Assembly (NCBI RefSeq): GCF_006345805.1
Contig: NC_043004.1
Span: forward strand, 55,738,001-55,802,000
DNA from: Octopus sinensis
Taxonomy: Eukaryota
Direction: 5' to 3'
Length of the DNA: 64,000 bases
Position numbers and translations under genes: made by a program. Below, piece after piece: positions 60,937-64,000 of this stretch (position 1 is its first letter; every line of letters begins with the position of its first letter). A model generated the notes under the pieces. The model was not told where the DNA came from, did no database searches, and saw only the letters and a program-made list of their open reading frames with translations.

Positions 60937-63900
60937 CCTTAAATCCTTAGAAATGTTTCAGCCCGAAGGCCGCAGCCATGCTGGGGCACCACCGCTGAAT
61001 GAGCTACACTAGTTTGTGAATCCACCTCTGATACGTGGCACTTGATCAACAAGGGAGTTCGATGCTGCTGCCCGCATCCGCGTCTCCTGTCGTGAGGTAG
61101 GTTCATCTGGGGCTCCCAACAAGAAGAGATCCAGTTTAGTTTTAAAGAAACCCACATCCACACCATGTAAGTCTCTCAGGCATTTAGGGAGGATGTTAAA
61201 GAGCTGTGGTCCTCTGAAACCCAAGCTGTTGCAGTATCTGGACCTGTATTTTGATGGTGATGTTGGAATCCTTGGCACCACGCAGCGGCGCCCCGTTCTG
61301 CGGTTGGAGTAACTTTGAATGCCAAAGTTTGGGACAAGACCTTCCAGGATTTTCCAGATGTATATCACTGCATATCTCTCCCCCCTCCGCTCTAGGGAGA
61401 AGAGGTTTAATACCTTCAGTCTTTCCCAGTAGCTGATATTTTGCATTGAGACGATTTTCTTTGTGTAGCTTCTCTGAATTGCTTCGAGTTCTGCTGTTTG
61501 TTTTATATTGTGTGGTGACCAAAGTTGGGAGCAGTAGTCCAAGCGGCTGAGGACGAATGTTTTCCATAGGACCATCAGTGACTCCTTCTCTCTTGTTCTG
61601 AAAGTTCGGAGAATCCATCCAGCTAGCCGTCTGCATTTTATCACCAGATTAGCAATATGCATTTGGAAAGATGCATCATTGCTCATGTCAATGCCCAGGT
61701 CACGCACTGATTTTGACTCAGGGATTGCAATTCTTCCTGGGCCAGTGTATCCAGTCTTCACGTCATTTACCTTTGTGTGCCAATAGCGCAGGGCCTGGAA
61801 CTTACCTGCATTAAACTGCATCTTGTTGACCTCAGCCCACCTGTATATTGTGTCCAGCTCATGTTGCAGACGCGCAATATTTTCAGGGTTTTGTATTGCG
61901 TGGGAGACTTTTGTGTCATCTGCATAGCTAGCAAGGGTGGTCATCGTAGCAACTGAAGGCATGTCTGAAAGGGCCACTATGAACATCAGTGGCCCCAAGA
62001 CAGTGCCCTGTGGGACACCGCTTGTTATTTGCGTTTCCTTGGAGGTGGCTCCATTGCTCACAACTGCCTGTTTTCTGTCTTTTAGGAAGTTGTGCAGCCA
62101 CTCTCCTAGTTTCCCGCCTATGCTGAGACCACGCAGTTTGTGACAGATCATACCATAGTCGACTTTATCAAAGGCTTTTGCAAAGTCGAGATATATTACA
62201 TCCACATTTGAGCTATTTAGTAGCTGTTTCAACACCCAGTCATAGTGTTGCAGGAGCTGTGTTAGGCAGCCTCTACCTGGTCGAAATCCATGCTGGGTGT
62301 CAGACAGCAAGTCATTTTCTTCAAGGAACATGATTAGTTTCTTACGGACTATTCGTTCCATGACTTTGCTGATGTGTGAGGTCAGAGAGATAGGCCTATA
62401 ATTTTTAGCATCTGCTCTGCTACCTCCCTTATGGATAGGGCATATTACCCCCTCTTTCAATTTGACTGGGAGCTTACCACTTGCAAGAAAGCTCTGAAAA
62501 AGAAGCTGTAGCGGTTTTGCAAGGGCTCGTTTGCACGATTTGAGAAGGATCGCTGGGAATCCATCAGGTCCAGCAGCTGAGTTTGTGTCAATCTCATCAA
62601 TGGCTAGTGTGATATCATCATCTTCGATGTTGATGTACTCAATTTTTGTCTCTTTGGCCGCAGGTAAAGTGGCAAAGAATTCTTCTGGGTTGTTTACTTG
62701 CCTGTGTCCTAGAGGTGTAGTGAACACACTTTGGAACTGTTCGTTCAGTATTTCACTTATCCTCGTGGGATTTCCTGTGAGAGAGCCATCTTTTTGGAAG
62801 AGAGGTCCTATTCTCTGGTGCACTGTGGCTGTCTCTTTGGCAAACTTAAAGAAAGCTTTAGGGTTTGATTTTCTATTTTCTATTACCCAAGCTTCTTTAT
62901 CTGCTCTCTCCTTTTCATGGGACTGATGTAGACTTTTCTCAGTTTCCATTAGCATTCTTTCGAGCCGAGACTTCTCACCACTTTTGGTGTGCTTGCTCAG
63001 GCGGTTTGCAATCCTTGTCCGTCGTCTCATAAGAATCCTCCTTTCTCTAGGGATCCTGTTTTCGTTCTTGTGTGTGCTGGCCCTGCATACTGGGACATAT
63101 TTGTCACATATGGCTTGTATTATGGACATGAAGTGTTTGTGTTTCATGTTTATGTCCGGTGTGGAGAGACATTCAGGCCAATCCTTTTTGAGGATCTCTT
63201 TCTCAATCAACTTCCAGTTGGCTTTATGAAAGTTTAAGTTGGAGAGATGGTGGGTGCTTCGTATAGGCTGTGTGTCTGCGGGGGCTTTTGTTCCATACAT
63301 AGACAGCTCTATTATGTTGTGATCCGAGATCATTGTCGGCATCACATTAACATTATGGATAATATCCATATTGTTTGTGAAGCAGAGATCCAGTATATTA
63401 TCTGCCCTTGTTGGTTGCAGAACTATTTGCTCCATGAAAGAGGCATTTGTGAGATGGAGCAGGGACTCCACCTGTGCCTGCTGATGGTGTGTCATCCCTG
63501 GGAGCATCTGCCCCCCAGGCCATTCCACATTGGGGAGGTTAAAGTCACCCATGAAGAATACACTGTTGTGCTGTTCAAGGTTGGTGAGGACTTCTCCTAT
63601 TTTTGTTAGGCAGTCTTCAAACATGCCTGAGTGTTTTGGGGCATCTGGTGGGTGATATGTAGTGCATATGACGATATTCAGTTGTCTTATGTGTACAATT
63701 TGAGTTTCACATACTGAGTTTGAATATGACAGCAGGACCTGGGGCGTGAGGTCATCTCGGATGTACATTGCAACTCCACCATGGCTCCTCCCTTTTCTAT
63801 CTGTGCGTATGACTGCATATTGCGGCATGTGTATTTCTGCATCACCTATATCGGGTTCAAGATGCGTTTCAGTGAGTGCCATGCATATAGCTTGATTGCA

Positions 63901-64000
63901 TGTCACAAGGTCTCTCAGGAATGAAATTTTCTTTTTACAGTTTCCGCGCAGCAGCCCTCCTACATTCAGTAGAAATATTTTTGTGGTGTGTGTGTTGGTG
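60932..64000 (-). mobile_element. CR1-group LINE running off the window end
   Basis: Short 3' UTR with a hairpin and an 8-nt tandem tail (TAAGGATT)n, inserted in (TA)n. Confidence 0.9.
61009..64000 (-). CDS. LINE ORF2 (APE endonuclease + reverse transcriptase), open to the window edge
   Basis: No stop from 64000 to 61009 (about 996 codons). Motifs IFLLNVGGL, LTETHL, GDFNLP, SDH, DFAKAFDKV, GVPQGTVLGP, YADD and RLDYCSQLW. Confidence 0.93.
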   Translation of the reverse strand, partial: TNTHTTKIFLLNVGGLLRGNCKKKISFLRDLVTCNQAICMALTETHLEPDIGDAEIHMPQYAVIRTDRKGRSHGGVAMYIRDDLTPQVLLSYSNSVCETQIVHIRQLNIVICTTYHPPDAPKHSGMFEDCLTKIGEVLTNLEQHNSVFFMGDFNLPNVEWPGGQMLPGMTHHQQAQVESLLHLTNASFMEQIVLQPTRADNILDLCFTNNMDIIHNVNVMPTMISDHNIIELSMYGTKAPADTQPIRSTHHLSNLNFHKANWKLIEKEILKKDWPECLSTPDINMKHKHFMSIIQAICDKYVPVCRASTHKNENRIPRERRILMRRRTRIANRLSKHTKSGEKSRLERMLMETEKSLHQSHEKERADKEAWVIENRKSNPKAFFKFAKETATVHQRIGPLFQKDGSLTGNPTRISEILNEQFQSVFTTPLGHRQVNNPEEFFATLPAAKETKIEYINIEDDDITLAIDEIDTNSAAGPDGFPAILLKSCKRALAKPLQLLFQSFLASGKLPVKLKEGVICPIHKGGSRADAKNYRPISLTSHISKVMERIVRKKLIMFLEENDLLSDTQHGFRPGRGCLTQLLQHYDWVLKQLLNSSNVDVIYLDFAKAFDKVDYGMICHKLRGLSIGGKLGEWLHNFLKDRKQAVVSNGATSKETQITSGVPQGTVLGPLMFIVALSDMPSVATMTTLASYADDTKVSHAIQNPENIARLQHELDTIYRWAEVNKMQFNAGKFQALRYWHTKVNDVKTGYTGPGRIAIPESKSVRDLGIDMSNDASFQMHIANLVIKCRRLAGWILRTFRTREKESLMVLWKTFVLSRLDYCSQLWSPHNIKQTAELEAIQRSYTKKIVSMQNISYWERLKVLNLFSLERRGERYAVIYIWKILEGLVPNFGIQSYSNRRTGRRCVVPRIPTSPSKYRSRYCNSLGFRGPQLFNILPKCLRDLHGVDVGFFKTKLDLFLLGAPDEPTSRQETRMRAAASNSLVDQVPRIRGGFTN

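Noticed and set aside
50253-64000. Next upstream WASHC5 exon (YLDDLNEGVYIQQTLE..)
   Set aside because: Not found by eye. It is probably beyond the window, though a diverged short exon could have been missed.

Overview
Repeat-dense animal intronic DNA. The SINE families and microsatellite load point to an octopus (inference from recall, not a database search). The only host gene I can support is WASHC5/strumpellin on the minus strand, with three in-frame coding exons (50152-50252, 29932-30054, 5176-5401) separated by introns of about 20 and 24.5 kb; the rest of the gene lies outside the window. The introns hold three tRNA-derived SINE families, several RTE-clade LINE copies (one essentially full length), a CR1-group LINE with an uninterrupted ORF2, Tc1/mariner/maT copies, hAT and piggyBac-type MITEs, and five non-autonomous Helitrons. 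Most notable: (1) five different short elements in or beside (TA)n tracts each carry a minimal type I hammerhead-ribozyme motif, two of them inside long palindromes; (2) the commonest SINE shares its 3' hairpin with the CR1 LINE; (3) the RTE RT contains an internal PHD finger; (4) a tandemly multiplied RTE 3' UTR appears to have moved as a unit. Repeat boundaries are hand-read (about +/-10-20 nt). All RNA structures are predictions by eye.
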